From Candidatus Puniceispirillum sp. (GTDB lineage Bacteria; Electryoneota; RPQS01; DYHQ01), in assembly GCA_020724065.1 (NCBI GenBank), contig DYHQ01000003.1, positions 1 through 49,668 of the forward strand: a stretch of DNA of 49,668 nucleotides. Reading direction: 5' to 3'. The position numbers and the translations under genes are program-made. How positions within the stretch are numbered: the stretch's first letter is position 1; each line of letters opens with the position of its first letter. The notes beneath the pieces are model-generated. The model worked only from the letters and a program-made list of their open reading frames with translations. It was not told the origin of the DNA and did no database searches. Of this stretch, positions 1 to 9,497 are shown piece by piece.

Positions 1-72
1 GCATTCTGGTCGTCGTGGGTCACTTCAACGGAAAATCCCCGGCTCTTTGCGCGTAATAGAGCTCCATTGTGG

Positions 73-92
73 ATTCCCGCTTTCGCGGGAAT
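73..92. repeat. Short GC-rich perfect hairpin (attcccgc-tttc-gcgggaat), REP-like intergenic palindrome
   Basis: 8-bp perfect inverted repeat with a 4-nt loop, read directly. It lies in the non-coding leader upstream of the first gene. Confidence 0.5.
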
Positions 93-328
93 GACCCCAC
101 GGATTATATGATGGTTTGCTCAGGCAGACACGCCAGATGCATGCCGCGGCGGAAATGACTTGCTCAACAGAACTTGTCAACTCGATTTCTAAGTACCTCA
201 AAACTAATGAAAAACATTAAGACAGCTGTGGTGTGTCACCTGCCCGGAAGTTGTAGTCGTTTTTGCCAAGACAGAAAACGCTTTTTGATTCAAACCAAAC
301 CCTAATCAAGTCCGGGAGGACAATCACC

Positions 329-1849
329 ATGACATCGCGTTACTTCTCTCTCACGGCGGGCCTTTTGCTTTTGGCCTGCGTTGGCGTCGCGACGGCCGCC
401 AATATCACCTTTCAGGTGAACATGGCCGTCCAGGAGCGCCTTGGAGACTTCAATCCCGCTGTTGACACCGTCCTTGTTCGCGGGAGTTTCAACGGTTGGG
501 GTGGCTACACCGACATCTTGACGACCGTAGCGCCCGACAGCGTCTATCGTATTACGGTTGTCATTGCCACAGGGAACATCGAGTACAAATTCGTAATGGC
601 CAATCGCGCCGCAGGCGACGACCGGTGGGAGGGTGTAAACAATCGCATCTATACGGTCACCACTGAAGACGACACGCTCGATGTTGTCTATTTCAACAAC
701 CAAAGCTCCTCCGCCGTCTTTGACCTTGAGGTCCTCTTCCGTGTAGACATGCGGGTGCAGATTCTCATGGGCACTTTCGATCCCGTGGCGGATGTTGTGA
801 TGGTTCGTGGCGGCACGCCGCCGCTGGAGTGGGGAGGCAGCAACAATCAACTTCCGCAGGTTACGGGCTCGCCGGGACTCTATGCTGACTGGATCGAATT
901 CGATAACCTGCCCTATCCGGGTGAGATTCAGTACAAATTCGTATCTCTTATTGGCGGGGATCCAAATAATCCGCGTTGGGAACAAGTGCCGGGGGGTGGC
1001 AATCGCATCTGTGCATTCACAGGAACCGAGCCTGATGACCTTCCACCGCCCGGTGGCAACGGCTACCAGGAAATCCAACTGGACACTGTTTTCTTCTCTG
1101 ATGTTTCCTTTGAGGACATTACGCAGAATCCGGTGGATGTCACTTTCACCTGCGATGTGCGGCCAGCCTACTACAAAATTATTGAAATCGGCTACCTCGT
1201 AGATATTCAGACGGGAGACACGATCTGGTCGGTCGAAGGTGTCGGCGTCAATGGACTTTTCGACCAGTGGACTTGGGGCAGTATCCCTGAATCGCAGCAG
1301 TTGCATGACGATGGTGTAGCTCCGGACGAAGTGGCTGGCGACAGTATCTGGACCGTTACTGTGAATATTCCTGCCGGTTCTCAGCGCAGCCACCCCTACA
1401 AATACGGGGTCAATGACTACGACAATGAAGCGGGCTATGAGCAGGACCACCGCCTCATCGTGGACGACGCCAATCCGACGCAGGTGCTTCCCGTGAACTG
1501 TTTTGGTGAACTCGGGGACCTCTATGATCCCTACCTCTGGGTCTGTAGTGAAGCGGCCGAACCTACGGCTGACATCGCCATTCCCGACGAGTTGACGCTT
1601 TATCAGAATTATCCCAATCCATTCAATCCGGCGACGCAAATCGTCTTCGCCCTGCCGACTCCCGAGAAGGTCACACTGCAAATTCTCAATATTCTCGGTC
1701 AAGAGGTGGCGGTGATGGATTTGGGACGCCTCTCGGCAGGGCGTCATCAGGTCACCTTCTCGGCGAAGGATCTCAGCACGGGTATCTATTTCTATCGTGT
1801 CGAAGCCGGGACGATGGTAGCCGTGCGCAAGATGTTGATATTGAAGTAG
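329..1849 (+). CDS. Secreted non-catalytic starch-binding protein: three CBM20-like modules plus a T9SS C-terminal sorting domain
   Basis: ATG at 329 is preceded by GGGAGGA (314-320); the ORF-track TTG at 263 looks like an over-extension. Signal peptide MTSRYFSLTAGLLLLACVGVATA. Three repeats follow the pattern F.V...V.VRG....W.....EYKF.....WE...NR. The C-terminus (1592-1846) reads YQNYPNPFNPATQIVFALP...GIYFYRVEAG...RKMLILK. No catalytic motifs seen. Confidence 0.85.
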   Translation: MTSRYFSLTAGLLLLACVGVATAANITFQVNMAVQERLGDFNPAVDTVLVRGSFNGWGGYTDILTTVAPDSVYRITVVIATGNIEYKFVMANRAAGDDRWEGVNNRIYTVTTEDDTLDVVYFNNQSSSAVFDLEVLFRVDMRVQILMGTFDPVADVVMVRGGTPPLEWGGSNNQLPQVTGSPGLYADWIEFDNLPYPGEIQYKFVSLIGGDPNNPRWEQVPGGGNRICAFTGTEPDDLPPPGGNGYQEIQLDTVFFSDVSFEDITQNPVDVTFTCDVRPAYYKIIEIGYLVDIQTGDTIWSVEGVGVNGLFDQWTWGSIPESQQLHDDGVAPDEVAGDSIWTVTVNIPAGSQRSHPYKYGVNDYDNEAGYEQDHRLIVDDANPTQVLPVNCFGELGDLYDPYLWVCSEAAEPTADIAIPDELTLYQNYPNPFNPATQIVFALPTPEKVTLQILNILGQEVAVMDLGRLSAGRHQVTFSAKDLSTGIYFYRVEAGTMVAVRKMLILK

Positions 1850-1924
1850 CCCTCCGGCGACTCATTTTCCAAATCGGAGTTCTTCGTGTAGGGTTTGAAC
1901 TTGTCTACCGCGAAATCCGCCGAG

Positions 1925-1941
1925 CAGGGTCCCCGACCCTG
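1925..1941. repeat. Intergenic hairpin cagggtc-ccc-gaccctg
   Basis: 7-bp perfect stem with a 3-nt loop, between the stop of gene 1 (1849) and the SD/ATG of gene 2. No U-tract follows. Confidence 0.4.
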
Positions 1942-1969
1942 ACGGAATTTCTCGATGTGAGGTGAAATC

Positions 1970-4900
1970 ATGGACATTCGTATGAGATGCTTTGGCTTGT
2001 TTTTTTGTTTTCTGTTCGGAGCGGCTGCATTTGCTCAGCATGTCTGGTGGGAGCCGGAAGCCCCTGTGGTCGGCCAGGCTTTTGCCATCTATTATGATTC
2101 GCGTATCGGTCCTTTGGGTCCGAATGTTGCTCAGCTCTGGCTGCATTGGGGTGTCGTGGATCCGAATAGCGGTGGTTGGTCGGCTCCTCCGGAGAGCATC
2201 TGGCCTCCAGGCTCGCATATCTCGCCCGACGGCTATGCCTGCCAGAGTCCGATGAATGAAGGAGTGGATACCGTTTGGTCAATCTCCATTGATCCGGATA
2301 CGAGCATCCGCCACCTCGCGTTCGTTTTCACCGACATGGCGAACAATTGGGACAACAACAACAACCAGAATTGGCGCATTGATTTCATCACCGGCGATGT
2401 CGTGGCATGGTGGTCACCTGAAGAGCCCGTGCCCGGCGACCTCGTGACCATTTTCTACAATACGATTCCCGGTGCCCTTCCCGATGGCGCGCAAGATGTC
2501 ACTCTTCACTGGGGCATCAACGAGATCTATTTTGGTGCTTGGCAAGTGCCGCCCGAAAGCATGTGGCCGCCCGGAACCGTCCTGTTTGGGGATAATCATG
2601 CCGTTGAGACGCCCATGAATTCGTTGGGGAGTGGAATTTGGTCATTGGCTATCCAGACGAACGACACCACTTTCACGCTCCACTTCGTGACGCGCTCGGG
2701 TGACTCATGGGACGGCAATTCCGGCGCAAATTGGAATATCATCCTCGAAGAACCGCCGCCGCCCATTTTGGCTCATCATACCTTTGCCTACGATCCGCGC
2801 TCCGCTTTCGTCGGATACTTTGGGACCATCAGCTCGGCCAGCGTTGCGGGGACTTTTAACGGCTGGAGCACGACGCACGACCCGCTCCAAGTACCCAATG
2901 AAAACGGTGTCTGGATGAAGGAACTGAGTATTCCTGCAGGGACGCACGAATACAAATTCGTCCTGAACAGCAACAACTGGCAAAATGATCCGGACAATCC
3001 GAATTTCGAGCCAAGCGGCTATCATAATAATGTCATGAACGCCATTCTGGACACGATGCCTCAAATCTACCATCTGTTTCCTTCGGAGGGCGAAGTCTAT
3101 CGCGGTGCCAGTGCACAGATTTCCGCATGGGCAAAGGTTCGGCGAGGCGACCGCGGGCCGGGTCTTCAGGGCGCTCCGAGCGCCACATGGGACGATGCCC
3201 CTGTGGCTTCAACCTGGTATGCGGCAAGCGAAAGTCTTGCCATCTCGCTGATAAACGCACTTCCGGGTCGCCATGTTATCGCTGTTTCGGCCACGGACAG
3301 TGCCGGACGAAACCGAATCAGCACCACAACCGTCGCTGTGATTGATTCCGAGCATGGGTTCTATGCCATTGACCCTGAGGGAGACGATTTCGGACCCGGC
3401 ACCTATATTGATCCCTATGGTGAGGGCGAAGCGGATTTGCTCGCCTTCTCGATCAATGAAGCGGCGAACGGCGACTCGCTGGCGTTCGAGATCGAACTTG
3501 CGGCAATTACACCGAAAACGCGCGTGGCCGTTCACATCTTGAGCGACATTGCTCCACCCTATGCACCGACAGCTACTTTCAATCTGGAAATGGATTTCCC
3601 CGATTGGAATGGGCGCGGCATAGCTTTCGTTCTGGGTGACATAACAATCGGTGAGCCGAGCCCGGCGCTGCTGAATACTCTCTACATGTCTCGCGCTCCC
3701 TTAACCTACGGGGCGCCAATCGAGCTGGACCTGCAAGCCTATACCGACGGCCGTTTTGTCTTCCGTCTTGCGCGGGCCGACCTTGAAGCGGTGATGGGCA
3801 ACTATCAGTCTCCATGGTTCTTCGCTTGCTGCGCTTTCTTGGCTAATTCCACTGACGGCGATGCCTATGAGGTGGATTCCTTGAACGGCGGAAGTGATGC
3901 CACGGGCGAACCCGACATATACGACGCTCTCTTCTGGCCGCCGCGACTGCAACGGGTGATGCTTCGCAACTGGTCAGGCAACCGCACGGCGACTTTCGAT
4001 GCGGCGGGCCGAGGCTTTGCCGCGGTGCATCCCGATTCGATTGGCCCGAATGTTTTGCATAGTGGGCCGGTCGTTCAAATTCTCACCAAAGGAACGCATG
4101 TCGCGCCGACGATTCTGCCTGACAAGGAACTAATTTGCACCTTCCACAGTGACACAACGCTTGTCGCCCTCAATCTGTACCAGAATGACAATCCGCCTGT
4201 CAGTCTGCCCATGACCGACGACACTTTCTCCGTGGATGTGACATTGGAGGAAGGCGTGAATCTCTTCTGGCTGGAAGGGATTGATGCCAACGCAGACACC
4301 GGTCGCTCAGCACAAACCGTCTTGGAACTTGCGGTCAATCATCAGCCTGATCCGGTGATTACTCCGAGTGTCGAGGCTGGCGAAGGGATCTTGGATGGTT
4401 CCGGCTCGACCGATCCGGATAGCGATGATCTCACTTTCGTCTGGACCGCTGATACAGCCAATCCAGAGGAGGTGACGATTATCAATCCGAACGCTTCCAT
4501 CGCCTCTTTCGCCCTTCCGTCAACAGTGGGCGAATATTACTTCCAGCTTGAGCTTAGCGAACCTGTTGGCCCCGGCTCGATCGGTCGAACGCTTTTCACG
4601 ATTTATCCCGATTCGGCTCATGCCTTCGATTGGAACGAATCTACGCAGAATGTGCGCGACGCCATCATCTACGAGATTTATCCGCGTTCCTATTCGGCGA
4701 GTGCGGAGCTTGCGGCAATCACGGCGGACATCGAGCGAATTCAAGGTCTCGGAGTGAATTATATCTACCTTATGCCCATCTTTGAGGGTCCTTCAGGGCA
4801 TGGTTATGAAATCACCGACTACTACAGCATCGAAGAAGACTACGGAACGGAACAGGATTTGCGCGACCTGATTGAAGCCGCCCACGCGCGCGGCATGCGT

Positions 4901-6271
4901 GTCATTCTCGATATGGTGATTAATCACAGTTCCATTCAGCATCCTTTTATGCAGAACGCCATGCGATACGGGCGTTATTCGCACTATTGGGATTATTACG
5001 ACCGTGATGCGAACGGGAACTACACCTACTACTACGACTGGGCCAGTTTGCCGAATCTGAATTATGACAATGCGGATGTTGAGGATTACTTCATTGATGT
5101 GGCCAAATATTGGGTTGAGGAGTTCGGCGTGGATGGCTATCGCTGTGATGTAGCCTGGGGGCCGCAAAATCGAACGCCCACCTTTTGGCCCAAGTGGCGA
5201 ACTGCCCTCAAGAAGATTCGTCCGGATTTGCTATTGCTTGCCGAAATGGACGCCACTAATTTCAATAACTTCGACCGTCGTTTCGATGTCATCTATGACT
5301 GGGCGCTTCACCATGCCGGTATCGAGAATTTCGCCAATATGTTCCAGCAAGGCATTCCGAACATCAACAACCTCCATACGGTTATCACGAACTACGGCTA
5401 CAACTATCCGGCCTATAAATTCCCCTACCGGTTTCTGGAGGACCATGACCACGGCCGCTACATCTCCTACAATACAGTTGAGCAGACGAAATTGGCGGCG
5501 GTTCTTCTTTTCACTATCAATGGCGTGCCGCTGATTTATGCGGGGCAGGAAGTCGGCGAGCCGTCGCAACGCGACCTGATTGATTGGGCAGGCGGCCCAC
5601 CGGGCCTCAGTCATTTCTACTACAGGCTTTGTCAGCTCCGCAATCAGTTCCCCGCGACAAGAAGCTCTCTTGTCGAGCGATTGACAAACAATCAACCGAG
5701 CGTTGTCTATTCCTACATGCGGCGCAGGACGAACAAGCTCCCGATTCTTTGTGCATTGAACATGGCGCCAAATTCCCAAGTCGTTACGGTGACGGTTCCG
5801 ACGACCGAATTGGGTTTGCATCCGGATTCGACCTACTATTTGAGCGAACTTCTAACCTCCACCTACATCCAACGCACCGGCAGCGAGCTCCAAAATGTCG
5901 TAACGAGCCTAAGTGCGTATCAAACTCGCGTGTGGACGATTGCGCGCGAACCTGTCGAGCTTGCCGCACCTGAGCCACCGCAGGAGTTGCCAAAGATTTT
6001 TGCACTCGGACAGAACTATCCGAACCCATTCAATCCCGTCTGCACGGTTCCCTTTGAACTGCCCAGCCGCAATCGCGTGACCATCGCTGTTTTCAACCTG
6101 TTGGGTCAACGAGTGGCCGTCTTGACGGACGCCGTTTACCCGGCAGGGATCCATCGCGTGTCGTGGGATGGGCACAATGACCTGGGCGCTCCCGTGACCT
6201 CGGGTGTCTATTTCTACCAAATCCGTGCAGGCGACTTCGTCGCGACGCGCAAAATGCTCCTGCTGCGATAG
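1970..6271 (+). CDS. Large secreted GH13 alpha-amylase/pullulanase-type enzyme with multiple carbohydrate-binding modules and a T9SS sorting domain
   Basis: SD GAGGTGA lies 6 nt upstream of the ATG. Signal peptide MRCFGLFFCFLFGAAAFA. Two CBM25-like repeats (HWG...W..PPES.WPPG...F.F......WDNN..NW). CBM48/E-set-like block AGTFNGWS...HEYKFVLNSNNWQNDPDNP. Glucodextranase-C-like block IDPEGDDFGPGTYIDPYG. PKD-like block DGSGSTDPDSDDLTFVW. GH13 regions I-IV are VILDMVINH, GVDGYRCDVAW, LLLAEMD and FLEDHDH. T9SS CTD at 5999-6268. Confidence 0.95.
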   Translation: MDIRMRCFGLFFCFLFGAAAFAQHVWWEPEAPVVGQAFAIYYDSRIGPLGPNVAQLWLHWGVVDPNSGGWSAPPESIWPPGSHISPDGYACQSPMNEGVDTVWSISIDPDTSIRHLAFVFTDMANNWDNNNNQNWRIDFITGDVVAWWSPEEPVPGDLVTIFYNTIPGALPDGAQDVTLHWGINEIYFGAWQVPPESMWPPGTVLFGDNHAVETPMNSLGSGIWSLAIQTNDTTFTLHFVTRSGDSWDGNSGANWNIILEEPPPPILAHHTFAYDPRSAFVGYFGTISSASVAGTFNGWSTTHDPLQVPNENGVWMKELSIPAGTHEYKFVLNSNNWQNDPDNPNFEPSGYHNNVMNAILDTMPQIYHLFPSEGEVYRGASAQISAWAKVRRGDRGPGLQGAPSATWDDAPVASTWYAASESLAISLINALPGRHVIAVSATDSAGRNRISTTTVAVIDSEHGFYAIDPEGDDFGPGTYIDPYGEGEADLLAFSINEAANGDSLAFEIELAAITPKTRVAVHILSDIAPPYAPTATFNLEMDFPDWNGRGIAFVLGDITIGEPSPALLNTLYMSRAPLTYGAPIELDLQAYTDGRFVFRLARADLEAVMGNYQSPWFFACCAFLANSTDGDAYEVDSLNGGSDATGEPDIYDALFWPPRLQRVMLRNWSGNRTATFDAAGRGFAAVHPDSIGPNVLHSGPVVQILTKGTHVAPTILPDKELICTFHSDTTLVALNLYQNDNPPVSLPMTDDTFSVDVTLEEGVNLFWLEGIDANADTGRSAQTVLELAVNHQPDPVITPSVEAGEGILDGSGSTDPDSDDLTFVWTADTANPEEVTIINPNASIASFALPSTVGEYYFQLELSEPVGPGSIGRTLFTIYPDSAHAFDWNESTQNVRDAIIYEIYPRSYSASAELAAITADIERIQGLGVNYIYLMPIFEGPSGHGYEITDYYSIEEDYGTEQDLRDLIEAAHARGMRVILDMVINHSSIQHPFMQNAMRYGRYSHYWDYYDRDANGNYTYYYDWASLPNLNYDNADVEDYFIDVAKYWVEEFGVDGYRCDVAWGPQNRTPTFWPKWRTALKKIRPDLLLLAEMDATNFNNFDRRFDVIYDWALHHAGIENFANMFQQGIPNINNLHTVITNYGYNYPAYKFPYRFLEDHDHGRYISYNTVEQTKLAAVLLFTINGVPLIYAGQEVGEPSQRDLIDWAGGPPGLSHFYYRLCQLRNQFPATRSSLVERLTNNQPSVVYSYMRRRTNKLPILCALNMAPNSQVVTVTVPTTELGLHPDSTYYLSELLTSTYIQRTGSELQNVVTSLSAYQTRVWTIAREPVELAAPEPPQELPKIFALGQNYPNPFNPVCTVPFELPSRNRVTIAVFNLLGQRVAVLTDAVYPAGIHRVSWDGHNDLGAPVTSGVYFYQIRAGDFVATRKMLLLR

Positions 6272-6320
6272 GCACTGCTCACGCGATAATTTTGCCTACA
6301 CTACCCTAAAGGAGTCATCG

Positions 6321-6348
6321 CCGCCGGAGAGTTCCCTTTCTCCGGCGG
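6321..6348 (+). terminator. Possible intrinsic terminator or mRNA-stabilising hairpin after the GH13 gene
   Basis: 10-bp perfect stem ccgccggaga / tctccggcgg with an 8-nt loop, 50 nt after the stop. It is followed by tctcattc, only a weak T-tract. Confidence 0.45.
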
Positions 6349-6367
6349 TCTCATTCAGAAAGCCATA

Positions 6368-9300
6368 ATGAATTGCCTACGAACATTTGCCATTTTTCTT
6401 GCCATGACAAACATGTCTCTTGCCGGTGAAGTCCTTCTGCGCACTTATCCCTTACCCTCGGCTCAACCGGCCGGTCGCGGCTACATCCTCTCCGGCGATG
6501 AGCGTTCCTTTTTCTTCGGCACAACGGCTGCGCTCCGAGATAGTCCTTTCATGGGATTGACCGTTTCAGGGGAGAAGCTCTTCGATGACTTTCGCTTGTG
6601 GCAAGGCGACCGACTTTTCGATCGTGCTGCAGCGAAGGCCGATTTCTGGGCGCAGGGCGTAAGTCTCACCACCGAGTCCGTCACATTCGTCCTCGATATG
6701 GCCGCCCAAGATTTCCTTCGCATTCTCGCGCTCTCGAAAGCAGAGCAGGATTTCTCGCTCGAGCTGATTTTTTCACCGAACGGCCTGAGCGAGCGCCGAG
6801 TACGACATTATTCCGATGCGATGACGATTGCCCCAACGGAAAATGGCAACTATTTCCTCGGAGTGGCTTGGCCGTCTCCCGATATCCTCCAAAACCGCCC
6901 CAGAGAAATCGCAAACTTGCCACCGGATAGCCTCTTCTCTTTCGGCTCATTCTACGGTAAGCTCCGAGATCATACGATTACCCCGAATTGGGTCATTGCG
7001 TACGGTACTTCTGAGGATGAAGCTCTGATGGCGGCAAGGCAACTGGTGACGGAGCGGGGAGCGAGCTCTCTGATGCGGCGCAATTTGGTGTTTGCGGCAC
7101 TTGAGCATTCCTCCTTTCGCACCACCGATTCAGCGGTTGGAGATGCTCTCCGTTGGGCGAAGAAATCGGTGCTCGATTTGCAGGCAGCAGGTGGAACGGA
7201 ACTATGGGCAGGATTTCCATGGTTCGCCGAAGCATGGGGACGCGACACTTTCATTTCACTCCCCGGAGCTTTTCTCGTAACCGGGAACTATGACGCGGCT
7301 CGTCAGATTCTGCTTCAATTCGCCAAATGGCAGGATAAGGATTCGACATCCTCCACTTTTGGTCGCATTCCGAATCGTGCGCGACCTGACGAAATCGTCT
7401 TCAACACCGCCGACGGTACGCCTTGGTGGATTCGTGAGATTTACGAATACGGTCTCTATTCCGGTGACTGGGAGCTTTGGGAACAGCTCGTGGCGGCTGA
7501 ACCGTCGCGGAAAACTGAGCAAGTTGAAGGCGCGGTGCGTCTTGCCTTGCGTGGCGCGATCGCGCACATGGATTCATTGGGCTTTGTTCGTCATGGCGAT
7601 GCGGAAACTTGGATGGACGCCGTCGGCCCGGAAGGCGCATGGACTCCGCGCGGAGATCGCGCCGTCGAAGTGCAGGCGCTGTGGCATGCGGCGTTCGATG
7701 CCGCGCTCCGCATGGCGGCTACTTGCACAACCAAAATTCCCGACAGTGAATTCAAAGCATGGTTTGATGCACGCGAACTTCTGGCAAAGAGTTTTGCACG
7801 GCATTTCGTTCGACCCGACGGCCTCGGTCTCTATGATCACTTGAATTCTGACGGCTCACCCGATTTGCAGGTGCGGCCAAACCAAATTTTTGCCCTCACC
7901 GTTCCGCTGACGCCGCTTCTTTCCGAAGAAGTCGCGCAAACTGTCTTGCGCACGGTTGTCGAGAGATGCACATATCCTTATGGGGTTGCCTCACTGGTGC
8001 AGAAAGATGCGAACTTCCATCCATTTCATGTGCATCCGAATTACCCCAAAGATGCCGCGTATCACAATGGCACAGTCTGGCTTTGGCTCTCGGGTCCGGT
8101 GAAAAGCATCCTGGCTTCCTCAGGGCACGGCGATCTCGCGTGGCAAATCGCGCAGGTCGAGATGAATGAAATTCTGCATGGCCAGACCGTCGGGACACTG
8201 CCGGAGCTCTATAACGCGATCCCAGAAAAAGGAGAGACCGTCCCGCGTCCATCAGGTTGCGTTTCACAAGCCTGGTCGTTGGCCGAATTCTGTCGCGTCT
8301 TCTATCAAGATTTTCTTGGGATTCGACCAATTCAAGTGCGAGGGGAAAAGCAGGCGCTTTGGCGTATTTTCCCTCGCGTTCCGCCCGAATGGGGACACAC
8401 GGAGACGCAAGCTTCCTTCGGTGAAACATCCGTGCGAATTGCACTCGATTCCAATCCCGATTCTGTCCGAATCGTGCTTCAGGCGTTGCAGATTCCGGCC
8501 CAGCCCATTCCACTCGAATTTTTTGCCTATCCCGATGGCGTGCGCGGGCTGCTCAAAGGAACTGAAAAGCTGCAAGTGGTGTGGAGAAAAGGCGAGAGCA
8601 CAATCGAAGTTGACGGTTTTCCGACGACACATGCGACTCTCGAGGGCTGGCCCTATGCCACATCTGCGGAAGAGCTGAGTTTCTTGAGGCCAGCAATCCG
8701 CCCGGGACTCGCCGCATTGCAGGAGCCAAAACATGAGCGCTTTTCCGGAGAAGAAGTCACGCGCCGAAATCCTGACGCGAAACTGATTGTTTCTTTCGAT
8801 GATCCCGAAGGCGACGATGTTGGCGACGGCGATTTTACCTATCCGACCGAGTCTCATTTCGAGCCCGGCATTCTCGATTTGACCAACTTCGAACTTCGAG
8901 CTGACAAAGACGATTGTTACTTCACACTGCGTTTCCGAAATCTTGTTCAACCCGCTTGGCATCCAGAATATGGATTCCAACTGACTTTCGCTGCCATTGC
9001 GATCCGCTGCGGAGATTACTCACAGAAGAATCCTTGCACAGACGCCGTCGGTGCTAACGCGGGCGTTGGATTGCCCGAAGGCTATGAAGCTGACCGCTTC
9101 GTCTATGTGGGCGGCGGCTTACGCGTGACCGATGGCCGACACAAAATTCTGGCTGAGTACATTCCGACCGATCCGCACTGTCCCATTGGCGATGTTGCGC
9201 AAAAGGAGGTTCGATTCGCACTCCCGCGCCGTTTGTTCCGCGGTGATCCAAGCCAGTGGAAAATCTCGATTCTCGTCGGTGGACAAGATGATCACGGCGG

Positions 9301-9412
9301 CGCAGGCCTCGGCGAGTTTCGCGCTGTTGAGAAGGTCGCGGGGCGTTGGGTCGGTGGCGGAGGCGATGGCACCAGCCGCGTCTATGACTCCGCCTTCTGG
9401 CTGCCGAAATAG
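6368..9412 (+). CDS. Secreted amylo-alpha-1,6-glucosidase (glycogen debranching enzyme C-terminal type) with a glucodextranase-C-like C-terminal domain
   Basis: Signal peptide MNCLRTFAIFLAMTNMSLAG. GDE_C-type core GFPWFAEAWGRDTFISLPGAFLVTGNYDAARQILLQFA ... HNGTVWLWLSGP ... SQAWSLAEF. C-terminal block DDPEGDDVGDGDFTYPTESHFEPGILDLTNFELRADKDDCYFTLRFRNL. Confidence 0.9.
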   Translation: MNCLRTFAIFLAMTNMSLAGEVLLRTYPLPSAQPAGRGYILSGDERSFFFGTTAALRDSPFMGLTVSGEKLFDDFRLWQGDRLFDRAAAKADFWAQGVSLTTESVTFVLDMAAQDFLRILALSKAEQDFSLELIFSPNGLSERRVRHYSDAMTIAPTENGNYFLGVAWPSPDILQNRPREIANLPPDSLFSFGSFYGKLRDHTITPNWVIAYGTSEDEALMAARQLVTERGASSLMRRNLVFAALEHSSFRTTDSAVGDALRWAKKSVLDLQAAGGTELWAGFPWFAEAWGRDTFISLPGAFLVTGNYDAARQILLQFAKWQDKDSTSSTFGRIPNRARPDEIVFNTADGTPWWIREIYEYGLYSGDWELWEQLVAAEPSRKTEQVEGAVRLALRGAIAHMDSLGFVRHGDAETWMDAVGPEGAWTPRGDRAVEVQALWHAAFDAALRMAATCTTKIPDSEFKAWFDARELLAKSFARHFVRPDGLGLYDHLNSDGSPDLQVRPNQIFALTVPLTPLLSEEVAQTVLRTVVERCTYPYGVASLVQKDANFHPFHVHPNYPKDAAYHNGTVWLWLSGPVKSILASSGHGDLAWQIAQVEMNEILHGQTVGTLPELYNAIPEKGETVPRPSGCVSQAWSLAEFCRVFYQDFLGIRPIQVRGEKQALWRIFPRVPPEWGHTETQASFGETSVRIALDSNPDSVRIVLQALQIPAQPIPLEFFAYPDGVRGLLKGTEKLQVVWRKGESTIEVDGFPTTHATLEGWPYATSAEELSFLRPAIRPGLAALQEPKHERFSGEEVTRRNPDAKLIVSFDDPEGDDVGDGDFTYPTESHFEPGILDLTNFELRADKDDCYFTLRFRNLVQPAWHPEYGFQLTFAAIAIRCGDYSQKNPCTDAVGANAGVGLPEGYEADRFVYVGGGLRVTDGRHKILAEYIPTDPHCPIGDVAQKEVRFALPRRLFRGDPSQWKISILVGGQDDHGGAGLGEFRAVEKVAGRWVGGGGDGTSRVYDSAFWLPK

Positions 9413-9429
9413 TATCCATCATGTTGTAG

Positions 9430-9451
9430 GGGCAGACCAATGTGTCAGCCC
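9430..9451. repeat. Imperfect intergenic hairpin inside a tgtaggggcagacc...gtcagccc element
   Basis: gggcagac / gtcagccc pair with one A-A mismatch and a 6-nt loop. The element sits between the debranching-enzyme stop and the malK-type SD. Confidence 0.35.
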
Positions 9452-9497
9452 GTGATTGAAGATCGCAAGACTTCCGCACCAAGGGAGAATATGATTC

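Noticed and set aside
1-56. Possible 3' end of an upstream + strand gene (...ILVVVGHFNGKSPALCA-stop at 54-56)
   Set aside because: Only 17 codons are visible with no motif, so it cannot be distinguished from non-coding sequence.
302-1747. 481-aa ORF antisense to the first gene
   Set aside because: It lies entirely opposite a gene with clear domain repeats, a signal peptide and a T9SS tail. Its translation is low-complexity and Arg/His-rich with no recognisable motif. It is a typical shadow ORF of GC-biased coding sequence.
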